This document shows, piece after piece, positions 49,627 to 60,368 of a stretch of 64,000 nucleotides of DNA. Every line of letters begins with the position of its first letter. Position 1 is the stretch's first letter. The DNA is taken from positions 480,001 to 544,000 of the forward strand of contig CBDBKE010000004.1 in the NCBI GenBank assembly GCA_965206645.1. The letters are read 5' to 3'. Both the position numbers and the translations under genes were made by a program. The DNA comes from Terriglobia bacterium. Lineage in GTDB: Bacteria; Acidobacteriota; Terriglobia; JAJPHL01; JAPKYU01. Below the pieces are notes generated by a model. That model did no database searches, was not told the DNA's origin, and was given only the letters and a program-made list of their open reading frames with translations.

Positions 49627-50921
49627 GACAAGTCGGCACGGAACCGGCGAATCGGCCGCCCGCGGTAGTCGTGGACATAGCGTCCAGGCAGGATATCGTG
49701 TCGCTCATCGCGATACGCATGGCGAACATAGATGCGTTCCCGCCCAAGCAGATCGAACCAAGTACGCTTGCCCTCTGCCGACTTGTCGCGCTGAACCTTC
49801 GTGTGATGCTCGCACAGGCTGAGAGCACAAGCTCCGGCATCCATCGGATCCGCAAATAACCGGAAGCGTTCGCTGAACAGGTTCTGTAGGGACAGGCCAC
49901 CGGCGATCGTGTCACCCAGGGCGCGATGAGCTTGGGCGAACCGTTTGTGGAGATCAGTCACGCTGCGCTTGAAACCCCTGTCGCTGGCAATCGCCGGCAC
50001 CTCGAACCCCCTGGAGTCCACATGAGCCGCCTCGGCCTTCAAGACGTCGAAGGCATCCTTGAGGCTGCGCGCGAACGCTTCGTAACTGCGGATCGCCGTT
50101 AGTAACGACGAGAACTCGGGCCGCGATTTCTCGAGACGGTCATGCAACGGCTCCTCCCGGAAGTCGTCGTTCGTGAAAGCCTCCTGAAGCTGCCAGATGG
50201 CGGGCAGAGCACCGAGCGCACGCTCGTCCGAGGCGTGAAGCATCTCGTCGATGCATCGCCGCTCTCTGCCTTTGCAGCCTGACGGCGCGAACGCGTTCGC
50301 GAGTTCCTCCCACTTATCCTTCGTCCAGCCCGGCTTCGTGCGGGGTGGTCTCTCTGTCACACTCCGATGGACGGCAGCCCTCCACCGTGACAAGAGAGGC
50401 TTCGCCTCCCGATAGCCGACCAGGCCCTGTCCGCGGGCCCACGCGTCGGCCAGCCTCTCTGCGTTCGGTCCGGCCTCCAGATGAACCGTGACCAGACCAA
50501 GATGGACCGCGAGCCTCTTGTAGACCCCGTGAATGCCGAAGATCCGAGGCGTCTTCAAGTAACTGCGCGCGTCCAGGTAACCATGTTGATTCAGCGCTCG
50601 CTTCGTGACGAGCGAGCCCGCAACGCCCCAGATCGAGGGATCGTCGGGCATCGTGCGTATCAGAGATTCGACAACCAGCCACTCCCACACCAGGTAGGGC
50701 GACGCGTCGCGGAGCCGGGGATCGTCCTCCATGCCTTCGGTAACGAGTGCGCCCACGGCCATCACAGTGAGAAAACGAACACGCTGCATCCGCTCCCGAA
50801 CAGCGGGCACGAGCTGCACGGCTAGTTGATCGGCGATCTGATAGAGCCCCAGAGGGTCAAGGGTGCCTTCACTCGTCCCCAGCGGGTCGTAGGCAGTCAA
50901 GAACGGGAACGTCGCCTTCAT
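49623..50921 (-). CDS. Hypothetical first gene of the helicase/PLD operon (ZacA-like)
   Basis: GTLDPLGL..LADQL.P N-terminus; ATGA overlap with the PLD gene. Confidence 0.65.
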   Translation of the reverse strand: MKATFPFLTAYDPLGTSEGTLDPLGLYQIADQLAVQLVPAVRERMQRVRFLTVMAVGALVTEGMEDDPRLRDASPYLVWEWLVVESLIRTMPDDPSIWGVAGSLVTKRALNQHGYLDARSYLKTPRIFGIHGVYKRLAVHLGLVTVHLEAGPNAERLADAWARGQGLVGYREAKPLLSRWRAAVHRSVTERPPRTKPGWTKDKWEELANAFAPSGCKGRERRCIDEMLHASDERALGALPAIWQLQEAFTNDDFREEPLHDRLEKSRPEFSSLLTAIRSYEAFARSLKDAFDVLKAEAAHVDSRGFEVPAIASDRGFKRSVTDLHKRFAQAHRALGDTIAGGLSLQNLFSERFRLFADPMDAGACALSLCEHHTKVQRDKSAEGKRTWFDLLGRERIYVRHAYRDERHDILPGRYVHDYRGRPIRRFRADLS

Positions 50922-50937
50922 GCTTGTAGACTTGGTG

Positions 50938-51500
50938 TGACCTGCCCCCGGTTGTTGGTCCATTTTTTATGTTAGTCCATAAGCCGTTGCAGCCGGGTGG
51001 AGCGGAGCGGAACCCGGCGGTAACGGCAAGATCGCTTCCGGGGCTGGCGGCCGGTAGCCCAACGCGCTGTGCGGGCGAACTTTGTTATATTCCCGTCGCC
51101 ATCCCTCAATCAACACCTTCGCTTCCCGCAAGGTGTAGAAGATCTCTCCATTGAGAAACTCGTCTCGAAACTTCCCGTTCAACGATTCTACATACCCGTT
51201 TTCCCATGGGCTCCCCGGCTCGATGAACAAGGTCTTTACCCCTACCCGCTCCAGCCAGTTCCGAACCAACCGTGCTGTGAACTCGGACCCATTGTCCGAG
51301 CGAAGGTAATCGGGAACTCCTCGCTCCACAAACAAGGCTGCCAGCCGTTCCAAGACACTCATCGAATCAGCTCGCCGTCCTACGTCGATCGCCAAACATT
51401 CTCGCGTGTACTCATCCACCACCGTCAACATCTTCAGGGGACGACCGTCCCGGGTTCGATCTGCCACAAAATCGTACGCCCAGACATGATCCCGCCAGCA
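50938..51500 (-). mobile_element. Remnant of a second IS3-family element (integrase core plus right IR)
   Basis: VWAYDF, SDNGSEF, ENGYVES; terminal TGACCTGCCCCCGG at 50938. Confidence 0.8.
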
Positions 51501-51835
51501 CGGTCTTAACGCAGATTGCCAACATGCAAAAAGTTGCATGTCCGTATTTGGATGCCAGCGAGAAAGGGGTGGCGAATGCCAGTCAGGACCAAGCCGCCGA
51601 GTGTGCATGAGAAGCCCAGGACTTGGGAGGCAACCTAACGCAGATGGGCAGAAGCCAGACTACCGAACGACGGTCCTTCAGCAGAAAGTTCTCCACCAGC
51701 ATGATACCGTTGGCGCTCTGGGTTCCCTAGCCGTCCGGCAGCGGCAGCGCCGCGGTCATTTCTTAGGCGGCATTTCCGCTTGGGGAAGGTACGTAGGTGT
51801 CCCCAGGGGGAACAGTCACTCCCGGCGCGACGTTG

Positions 51836-52138
51836 CTACTTCCTGGGCGGTGCGACTGCGTCTCGGGCGGCCTTGGCCAGGTAGAACTTCACCGCTGTCT
51901 TGGCCGAAATCTTGATGGGCTCGCCGGTGGCAGGGTTGCGGCCCATGCGCGCCTTACGTCGCACCTTCTTCATCCGGCCCAGCCCGGGCAGGACGAAGAT
52001 GCCGACCCGCTTGGTCTGTTGGACCGACAGGTCCACGACCGAATCGAGGAACTCGCGCGCTGCCTTATTCGTGAGTCCATTCTTCTGCGCCAGATGCCGG
52101 ACCACCTGGCTCTGCGTCATTCGAGCTGCCTGTGCCAT
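51836..52138 (-). CDS. hup: HU-family DNA-binding protein
   Basis: LPGLG..RKARMGRNPATGEPIKISAKTAVKF; AGGAGG RBS. Confidence 0.9.
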   Translation of the reverse strand: MAQAARMTQSQVVRHLAQKNGLTNKAAREFLDSVVDLSVQQTKRVGIFVLPGLGRMKKVRRKARMGRNPATGEPIKISAKTAVKFYLAKAARDAVAPPRK

Positions 52139-52152
52139 ACTCCTCCTTTTGT

Positions 52153-52362
52153 CTATTCTGCCCGGCGCCGATCCAGGCCGCTCCTGCGAGCTGGCCCGCT
52201 ACGCTGTTCCGGGAAGACAAAGCTCCAGTCCGTCAACTTCCGACAGGTAGAGCAGTATTTCTCAACAGGATTTTCTTTCTTACCTTCTGGCGATTGGTCA
52301 TCATGAACCAGGAGAGACCTGCAGGTGCCACAGCTTTCGCACTTGAATACGTGGGATGGCAT
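52153..52362 (-). CDS. Small zinc-ribbon protein
   Basis: CESC..CSTC; Arg-rich tail. Confidence 0.45.
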   Translation of the reverse strand: MPSHVFKCESCGTCRSLLVHDDQSPEGKKENPVEKYCSTCRKLTDWSFVFPEQRSGPARRSGLDRRRAE

Positions 52363-52396
52363 TTGTCTTGAGGGAACGGATTCTATATACCTGGAC

Positions 52397-53646
52397 TGAC
52401 CAGACCGATTTTTTGTACCAACCGTAGTGAGAGTTTACATCGCAGCCTGGGGCTGTGAAACTGGTTTCAGTGGCAGGGGAGGGCTATAGGCCCCCGGCGC
52501 CGGGGGCCTATAGCCGAGCGCCGAGTGCGGCCGCACCGTGTTGTATTGCACCCTCCACTGTTCAATCACCACCTGTGCCTCCTTCAACGAGTAGAAGATC
52601 TCTCCATTCAGGCATTCGTCCCGCAGCTTCCCATTGAAACTCTCGCAGTACCCGTTCTCCCAGGGACTGCCCGGTTCGATGTACAGTGTCCCGGTCCCTA
52701 GATTTGCCAACCACTGGCGCAGTTGTTTGGCGATGAACTCGGGACCATTGTCGGATCGAATCTGTTCCGGTATCCCTCGCCACAACATCACGTCCGACAA
52801 CGCCTCAATGATTTGTTGGCTGCCCATCCTCCGCTCCACCCGGATCGCCAGGCATTCCCGCGTGTACTCATCCAGCAAGGTCAGCAGCCGCAGCGTTCTC
52901 CCCTCGTGCGTTCTGGCACTCATGAAGTCGTAGCTCCACACGTGGTTCGGTCGCTCCGGCCTCAGTCGTACACAGGAACCGTCGTTCAGCCACAGCCGTC
53001 CTCGCGGCCTTTGTTTTTGCGGCACTTTCAGCCCTTCCCGCCGCCAAATCCGCTGCACCCGGTCCTTGCCCACTTCCCAGCCCGCACTCCGCAGCAACGC
53101 TGTGATCCTCCGGTAGCCATATCGCCCGTACTTCGCTCCCAGGGCAATGATCGCTCGGGTCAGAGCATCCTCGTCCACCCGATGAATCGGCTCGTATCGT
53201 TGTGTCCCTCGCCATTGCCCCAGCAGCCGGCAGCCATGCCGTTCCGACAACCCGTGTTGCTCCCACGCACGCTCCACCGCACAACGCCGCCGCTCAGGGC
53301 TCAGAAGTTTCCCTGTGCCACATCCCGCAGCACCTGCTTCTCCAGAGAAAGCTCCGCTACCAACCGCTTCAGCCGCGTGTTTTCCTTCTCCAACTCCTTT
53401 AGCCGTTTTGCCTGCACCACCTTCAGCCCGCCGTATTCCTTCCGCCACCGGTAGTAGGTTTGGGTGTGGATTCCAGCTTCTTTGCAGGCTTGGGGCGCAG
53501 TCTTCCCGTTCCCCATCTGCACTTCTATCTGCCGTAGCACCGCTACAATCTGCTCCGGCTTGTAACTCCTTGTCGGCATGACCTCACTTCCTCCTCAAGT
53601 GGATTCTCTCTCTTTCCACTTGGTACAAAAAGTGCCGGTCAGGTCA
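52397..53646 (-). mobile_element. IS3-family element copy 3
   Basis: Same IRs as copy 1, near-identical sequence. Confidence 0.95.
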
Positions 53647-53856
53647 GCACCTACATCAAGGACATGCCGAAGTCTGTGCTTGCCATTCTTCGGGCCGCTG
53701 TGGAAGAGCACGCAAAGCCAAGCGGTAGGTCCACTGAGGGGAGCTTGGTTTCCGGCTCCAAATGAGTGGGCGGCACCCTATCTTCTGCGATGCTGGTGCG
53801 TCATGCTTTCTGCAGGCAAGCGTCCACGTTCATGACAGGCCTTCCTGAAGGCGGGT

Positions 53857-54762
53857 CTAATCCGATTGTCCATGTTTTTCCGGGAACAAGGCCATCTGTT
53901 CAGCGGGCTCTATCGGCGTTACAGCTTTATGATAGGCCCTGTTCATAAGAGCAGGAGCTTCGGGATGATCCGTCGCGTGAATCATGTAATACATCACGCT
54001 CCTACTCTGTCGTTCATAAATCGGCCAGGCCTTGACTGATCTGTAGCCGAGTTCTTCTCTGAAACGATCTACGAACGCCTCTGAACGGAGCAGACCTTGC
54101 TTATTCAAGATCTGCTCTTTCCAGTCCTCTCGTCCCCACCATTTCAGCAGTACGGAATCGGGTTTATTCAGGCCAGATATCGCTCTGTTTAGCCAGGAAT
54201 GTGGCAGAAAATAGAAAAGTTCTATCTTGTGTCCGGAAGATTTGAAGCTTGCAATTGAAGCCACGGTCGACCAGTGACATTCGAAGGTCCGTTGATCCAA
54301 CAGACAAAAGGCCGCTTCTTTCGCTGGGATTTGGTCGGGATTGAGAATCTCGGCGATAAGGTTGTTGAAGTCGCCCAAGTAAATCTTTACGTCCCTCTTG
54401 GGCTCAAGTCGGATCTTGTCCCTTCCCGGCTGGCTGTCTCTTAGATCAAGGAGCGCTTTGTAGCTGGTGGGATCGATTTCGAAGAGGTGAAAATGGCGTA
54501 ACCAACGCGGCCTACTTTCCAACACCAATTTCGCGGCCCACATAGAAGGGGCATCTTTCTTCTGTGGGTCAGCAAAGCCGTCGATGTAAGTTCCGTGCTT
54601 TGTAATGAGAACGAAGTAATACAGGTAGCGTTCGATCATCTTCGCCTTATTTTCGGTCCAGATGGGGTACTTAAGACGACGGGTTGGCTGTTCCCTAGGC
54701 TGCTCCTTCCAGTCAGACGTTAGTTCGAAAAGGTATCGATCATCAGTTTCATCGCTCCCCAC
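53857..54762 (-). CDS. Three-Cys-motif partner protein (TcmP-like, methyltransferase fold)
   Basis: WTENKAKMIERYL..YIDGFA..FEID..GDFN..FCLLD; adjacent to DUF5131. Confidence 0.7.
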   Translation of the reverse strand: MGSDETDDRYLFELTSDWKEQPREQPTRRLKYPIWTENKAKMIERYLYYFVLITKHGTYIDGFADPQKKDAPSMWAAKLVLESRPRWLRHFHLFEIDPTSYKALLDLRDSQPGRDKIRLEPKRDVKIYLGDFNNLIAEILNPDQIPAKEAAFCLLDQRTFECHWSTVASIASFKSSGHKIELFYFLPHSWLNRAISGLNKPDSVLLKWWGREDWKEQILNKQGLLRSEAFVDRFREELGYRSVKAWPIYERQSRSVMYYMIHATDHPEAPALMNRAYHKAVTPIEPAEQMALFPEKHGQSD

Positions 54763-54792
54763 GGTCTTCCAGCTCCAATCACCACACGTTCG

Positions 54793-55611
54793 TTAAGCGG
54801 GCTCTTCTTGCCAGTCGAGACTAAGCGCTGAACTCCAACTATCGAGGAGTCTCCTGCGTTCGGTCCGGTCGGGAATCGGAACGATAAGCCTATCCGGCAG
54901 TTGGTTGTAGGTCCGGCCGTTAAGGGAACGACCTCTCTTCGACTTCTGAAATCCCCCCCACTGTTTGAAAAAGAAGGGAACAACAGCATCCTCACATTGA
55001 CATCTGATTGATTCAACCCATTCCTTGCTCATCCGGCGCGCACCAGGACCGCTCTCACCTCCAACAATGACCCATCCAATACCATCCAGATCCAGTCGCC
55101 CGACATCCGTCAGAAGCGGTTCGATCGAAAGGAAACGGATTCGGGCGCCTGTGGCCCGGAGATGTTCAATGCGCGGTACACCATGATCTCGATCTTCAAC
55201 ACTGACTCCCCACCAGATATGATCTGCTCCCGTCCGATCAAATCGTGGACCGTTCAAGAAATCACGCATACGTACTGATCTTTTCGTTAGAACTTGGTAG
55301 GTATGCCATTTCGCCAGTTTCATAACAGCAATGACTGATTCGATGTATTCATCTGGCACACCATCCTGGAAGAGATCGCTCATCGAATTCACGAATACGG
55401 TTTTCGGAGAAGTCCACTTGAGGGGTTCCAAGAGCTTTTCGGGGATCAGCCTGAGATCAAAGCCCTGTTCGTACGGGTGATCAGGAACGCCGCGGAAGCG
55501 TTCAGCAAACGTCTCAGCGTAACAGTGCTTGCAACCGGGACTTATCTTTGTGCATCCCCTCACGGGGTTCCAGGTCGCGTCAGTCCATTCGATCTTCGAT
55601 GTGCCAGACAT
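54793..55611 (-). CDS. DUF5131 / phage Gp37-Gp68 family three-Cys protein
   Basis: IEWTDATWNPVRGCTKISPGCKHCYA, FVNSMSDLF, LTKR, RFLSIEPLL, WVIVGGESG, FFFKQWG. Confidence 0.9.
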   Translation of the reverse strand: MSGTSKIEWTDATWNPVRGCTKISPGCKHCYAETFAERFRGVPDHPYEQGFDLRLIPEKLLEPLKWTSPKTVFVNSMSDLFQDGVPDEYIESVIAVMKLAKWHTYQVLTKRSVRMRDFLNGPRFDRTGADHIWWGVSVEDRDHGVPRIEHLRATGARIRFLSIEPLLTDVGRLDLDGIGWVIVGGESGPGARRMSKEWVESIRCQCEDAVVPFFFKQWGGFQKSKRGRSLNGRTYNQLPDRLIVPIPDRTERRRLLDSWSSALSLDWQEEPA

Positions 55612-55721
55612 CTTCAATCGCTCCTATATCTCAAGGATTCTGAACAACACTCCCAACTCATAGCAAGACAGTGGTGTAGTGCTTTGATTGCTGCGGTCAG
55701 GCTGCTTTATACATTGTCTCA

Positions 55722-57769
55722 CTACTCGACCCCCAGACTCTTGAACGCCGCATCCCGGGGATCGGAGTAGAAGCTGGTCTGAAACGTCGCGAACAACTCT
55801 CCGGGAATGGTCGGGATGTCCCCTACACTGGCCATGGGAAGCAGGATCTTCTTCGCGCCGGCGTCAAACGCTACTTGAAGTGACTCGGCCAAAGCTTCAA
55901 CTGGAATGATGCTGCCGCCGAGGCTCATGCTCCCCAGCACGACCATTTGTGATTGAATCGGCTTACCGAGGATGCCGGAACAAAGAGCCACAAATGCTGC
56001 AAGCGTCATTGCCGTAGTCGAGCCCGTGTTCTGAAGTTCAACCACATGCAAGTGCAAGTTGTGATCACCGGGTTTTGCCGAGGCACTGACCGAAGAGGCG
56101 TTGGCTTTGAAATAGTCGAAGCCGACCTTGATACTTTCCTTTGCTGTGGTACTAGACCCCACGCCCGACAGTGTGAACTTGCCGTTTCCAGCTGTGATCT
56201 GTGTCTCGATCCGGTAGACACCGAGGTGCCCACTGCTAGCGGTTGCGACGGTGTGAAGTACGCCCGGGTTGAGCGGGCCGTCGGGTATGAGGGCGCCTCC
56301 ACCCTGCTCAGGAACGCTGATAAACCGTTCCTCCAGCGTTTCCGGGTCGATGTAGGAAAAGTGGACATCGTAAAACTCCATCCCACCGATCTTTTTCAAC
56401 TGCTCTTTGACCCTTCGCCGCGTCTCAAGGGCGTATTCCAGGCAGCGCCGCACTGCTTCCCTGTCGTACTCTTCGTTGGGGTAGAGAAGCTTAAGCAGGC
56501 CAGAGACGGTGTGCTTGACCGCGATGGTATCCCGTTGATTCAGATCCCGGCCTGGCTTGAAGTATTTCTGGATCGCATCGCCGAAGTTCCTCTTGCGCAT
56601 CTCACGGAGGAACGCAGCCAGATAGTCGACGATCAGCCCATACTGGTTCGTGAAAAACTCCGGACGCATCTCGGGATCTCCCAGCCTGGAATATAGGCGT
56701 GGAAGCGATCGAAAAATGCGGCGTCGATCATGGCCTCAGGAAACGGCGCAAAGAGATGACTTGTCTTGACCAGCGTGTCTACAGGCTGATTGATGTTGCC
56801 GACGAAGACCATCGACGCATCGGCGTTCACCTGATCGCGACCCCGGGCAAATGATCCAGACGCCATATAGTCCTTCATGATCTGGACGCCCGCATTGTCC
56901 TTGAAGCTGATTCCGGCGACCTCGTCGAAGGCTACTACATCCCACAGCCCGACCAGCCCCACGGTTCGGCTGGCCAAGTTGTAAAACAGGTTCGCAACGG
57001 TGGTATGCCCCCCGGAGACAAGAATGCTGTTCGGACTGATTTCCTTGTAGATATGGCTCTTTCCGGTTCCCCTCGGACCCAACTCGCAGACGTTGTAGTT
57101 GTTCTCCACCAGCGGTACAAGACGGCACAGCAGGTGCCACTTCGTACGCTCATCGAACTGCGTCGGCTCATATCCGCAGGAACGCAACAACACATCAATC
57201 CATTGCGTCTCGGTAAACTGACGCCGCCCGGCGAACAGTTCGTCCATATCCATGTTCGGCATCTGGATTGGATTGAGCACATCGATAATGAAAGGCGATC
57301 CTTTTTGCCCCTCCTCAAACAAATAGTGCATTGTAATGATCGACCAGATCCCACCAGCCAGTAACTTCTCGTATTTTCGGACCGTCTCCGTACCGATTTC
57401 GACGCCCTTCGTTCCCAGGTTCGACAAAAGCGCTTCATAGATATCCCGTTTTTCATTCAGCTTGACCGTGACCTTATCGATGACCTTTAGGCTTCCCCGT
57501 TCGCGGATGGTGGATTTTACCTTTTCAGCCTCGTCTGCCCGCACGTAGTTTTCGGTGAGGATCCGCTTCACCGTAGCCAGGCCGTCCTCGATCACGACCG
57601 AGTCATTGGAGGCGCAGTAGTTACCCAGCAGATACTCGAGGACATAGACGGGAACATTCGCGCCTTCCTTGACCAGTTTGGTCAGGTCCTTACGCACGAC
57701 GCGGCCAGCGAAATGCGCATTGAGCAGATCGTCGAGATTGGGATCGGTTGCGGCAGTATTAAAATTCAT
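55722..57769 (-). pseudogene. brxL: BREX Lon-like protease BrxL, split by a 1-bp deletion near 56670
   Basis: VVRKDLT..ANVPVYVLEYLLG, ELGPRGTGKS, AFDEV, DRFH.YIPGWEIP|MRPEFFT, C-terminal Lon domain. Confidence 0.88.
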
Positions 57770-60368
57770 CAGTAATGGCTCTGTCGATAATTACGTCCAG
57801 GCTCTCCTGCTCGATGCCCGTATCGGCATCCCGGAGAACCAGCCGGTATGGCGTACGTTTGTCGTACGGTCTGTCTCGCAGGACCAGGATCACAGATTTC
57901 TGCCGCTCATCGAGGTTTGAGGACGTACTGTTAAATGTCACCGACTCGATGGTGGTGACGGGCTCATTGCCCTCGTACACGGCGATCTTGAGTGTCACGG
58001 CCTTGACCCGCTCACTCACCGGCTCCATCTGCAACACGTTGAAGCGGTGCTTGGGAGCTGTGATCTTGTGTGTCCTTCCGAGCACTTGCACCGCGACATG
58101 CTTTGACTGAGTTTTCTCGCGGTGGCCCTTGTCCTTGAGATGCTTCACCTTGATGACAGGCACTACAATTTCCTGAAGCATCGCGCCGCCATGAACGAAG
58201 CGCGCGCCGCCAGTGAAATGGAAGCGGTTATTGCCCTTGGGAACCCAGAATTGCATCCCGCCCTCAGCCTCAGCGGTCACGGTCGTATCACCCCGCCATG
58301 CCTGCTCGTGAGGCGACAGATCGTAGCCCAGGAGGTATCGTTTCTTCGCGATGACCGTGCCGTCTGGCTTGTCCTCCAGCCTGCTCTTGTCCGGGGTGCC
58401 CGGCGCCGTTTCGGTGAACAGAAAACCATGGTCCGCTGTGATCACTACATAATTGCAGTTGAGATTATTGACGACATAGCGGACGAGATCGGCCAGTTCC
58501 CGGATCGTCTTTCTGACGGCCTCAAACGTATCCCCTTCTGTGGCGGCTTTGTCGCCGCGTGCGTCAATCTCGTCATGGTAGATGTAGACGAGGCGCTTGC
58601 CGGCAATGAACTTCCTGCCTTCTTCCTTCTTCATCGCGAGTAGCTGATCGGCTTTCACAGCCATGCCGCCCCGAGTGCTCAGGATCCCGTTGCGCTGTTC
58701 AAGAGATGCCGTTGGTTTCCCGTCGGCCAGGACATCCCCCTTCTCCGTATATTCGAGTTTCGAGTGCGGCAGGAGGCTCGCCATGCCCAGGGCGGTATAG
58801 GAAGGCAAAACACCCAACTGGGACGACAACTTGGCCTGGACCCGGTAGGTGCCATTCAGATAACTCGTCAGCTCTTCCGCGACTTCATAGCGCATGGCAT
58901 CGCTGATAATAACGAAGGCCCGTCGGTTATCGGCTTCGTTCAGCCACGGGCCAACGTGTCGGTCAAAGAAGCGGTATTGATTCTGCACGTCATCGACCGC
59001 CCACCGCTCGGGTAGTTCCGCATCCACGAACTTGCCCCAGGCGAGCGCAATGGGGGTGAGGTACCCATTGCAGTAGCAGGCCTCGATCTCTTCTCGAAGC
59101 GGCTTCAGCATATCCCAGCCCTGTCCGGCGGCCACATCGGCGTTCTCGCAGAAATGCCGGTATAGCTGGTCAAAGCGAAACAGCTTGGATTCGTAATCCT
59201 TATACATCGCTGCCATATCAGGAGAGTCGAAGCCCGCCTCATGCGTGTTGCGCAGATGCAGGAGCTGCGCGGCGACCGCTAACGCTTTGTATACGGCGCG
59301 GCGGGCGTTCCGTTGGACCTCGGGCACCGAGCCCGAAGATAGCCAGTGTCCGGCCTGTCTGCGGTCGACGATGCTGCTGACAGCCTCGAGATCAATCGCA
59401 TCGGTAGTTGAGGTCACACGGTCCAGCAATCCCTGCACAATACTTTTCTCCACATCAAGAAAAGTCGGCACATCAAGAAGAGCCTCAACCTCACAACCGT
59501 GCAGATGATCCGGTATATGCAGGCGCGCCCCGACCTCATCCGCTAACACGTTGTAGCTGCTACTCTTGCTGCTGCTGTCTCTCCATTGGGCTAGGCAGAC
59601 CACGGCATTCGCAGTGCCGGAACGTGGCAATTGGAGGTGCTGCAGCGCACCGGGTAGTTCCTTCGGAAGATGGTGAGCGTAATCCGACACCAGCAGCCGG
59701 ATAAGTAAATTCTGCAGGGTTGGGCTGTCCTCGTCGTACCCGAAGGCGGACTTGACCATCGCCCAGAAAGGCTCGTCGAGTTCGAATCTTTCGATCTGGG
59801 CCCAGGCCAGGAGAGCGGCTTCGAGATCGGGTGCATCACCCTCGGTCATAGAGTGGAACAGTGTTCGAACGATGTTGAATAACTCGGGCTGGTCGGCTTT
59901 CGCGACGACCGCCAGCATCTTGCGGTCGAGATCGAGTTCCGAGTCTTCGGGAGAGACGAAGCTCGTCAGGTTATGCAGCCGCTCTTTGTTATCAAAAAAC
60001 TTCCGGCGCTTCGCAAGATGCTGGCGAAGATACTGGTGAACCAGGCCGAGTTCCTGCAGGATGATGGAGGAACGGTCTGCCCGGAAACTGCGACTGTACA
60101 ACCGCATGTCCAGCAGCCAGTCGTTTTCGTAGTCCGGCTCCTCAGCAGGTGAGTACAGCAGATATCGCCCAGCAGGATCGTCCTGTTCAATGCGAACCTT
60201 TGCTTCCAGTGCTCCAACGTCGTCGAGCTTGAGGACCTCTACGCCTTTGAGAGCGATGTCCGGTAGCGATCCGGCGAACTCGCCATCCGGATCGTTCCAG
60301 AAGACGATACGAACCTGTTCATCGTTAAATGCCTGGTCCAGGGAGGCGGTGATCTGTGCTACATCCAT
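57759..60368 (-). CDS. pglZ: BREX alkaline-phosphatase-fold protein PglZ
   Basis: RIVFWND, VIISDAMRYE, LPSYTALGMA, TADHGF, FVHGG. Confidence 0.92.
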   Translation of the reverse strand: MDVAQITASLDQAFNDEQVRIVFWNDPDGEFAGSLPDIALKGVEVLKLDDVGALEAKVRIEQDDPAGRYLLYSPAEEPDYENDWLLDMRLYSRSFRADRSSIILQELGLVHQYLRQHLAKRRKFFDNKERLHNLTSFVSPEDSELDLDRKMLAVVAKADQPELFNIVRTLFHSMTEGDAPDLEAALLAWAQIERFELDEPFWAMVKSAFGYDEDSPTLQNLLIRLLVSDYAHHLPKELPGALQHLQLPRSGTANAVVCLAQWRDSSSKSSSYNVLADEVGARLHIPDHLHGCEVEALLDVPTFLDVEKSIVQGLLDRVTSTTDAIDLEAVSSIVDRRQAGHWLSSGSVPEVQRNARRAVYKALAVAAQLLHLRNTHEAGFDSPDMAAMYKDYESKLFRFDQLYRHFCENADVAAGQGWDMLKPLREEIEACYCNGYLTPIALAWGKFVDAELPERWAVDDVQNQYRFFDRHVGPWLNEADNRRAFVIISDAMRYEVAEELTSYLNGTYRVQAKLSSQLGVLPSYTALGMASLLPHSKLEYTEKGDVLADGKPTASLEQRNGILSTRGGMAVKADQLLAMKKEEGRKFIAGKRLVYIYHDEIDARGDKAATEGDTFEAVRKTIRELADLVRYVVNNLNCNYVVITADHGFLFTETAPGTPDKSRLEDKPDGTVIAKKRYLLGYDLSPHEQAWRGDTTVTAEAEGGMQFWVPKGNNRFHFTGGARFVHGGAMLQEIVVPVIKVKHLKDKGHREKTQSKHVAVQVLGRTHKITAPKHRFNVLQMEPVSERVKAVTLKIAVYEGNEPVTTIESVTFNSTSSNLDERQKSVILVLRDRPYDKRTPYRLVLRDADTGIEQESLDVIIDRAITDEF

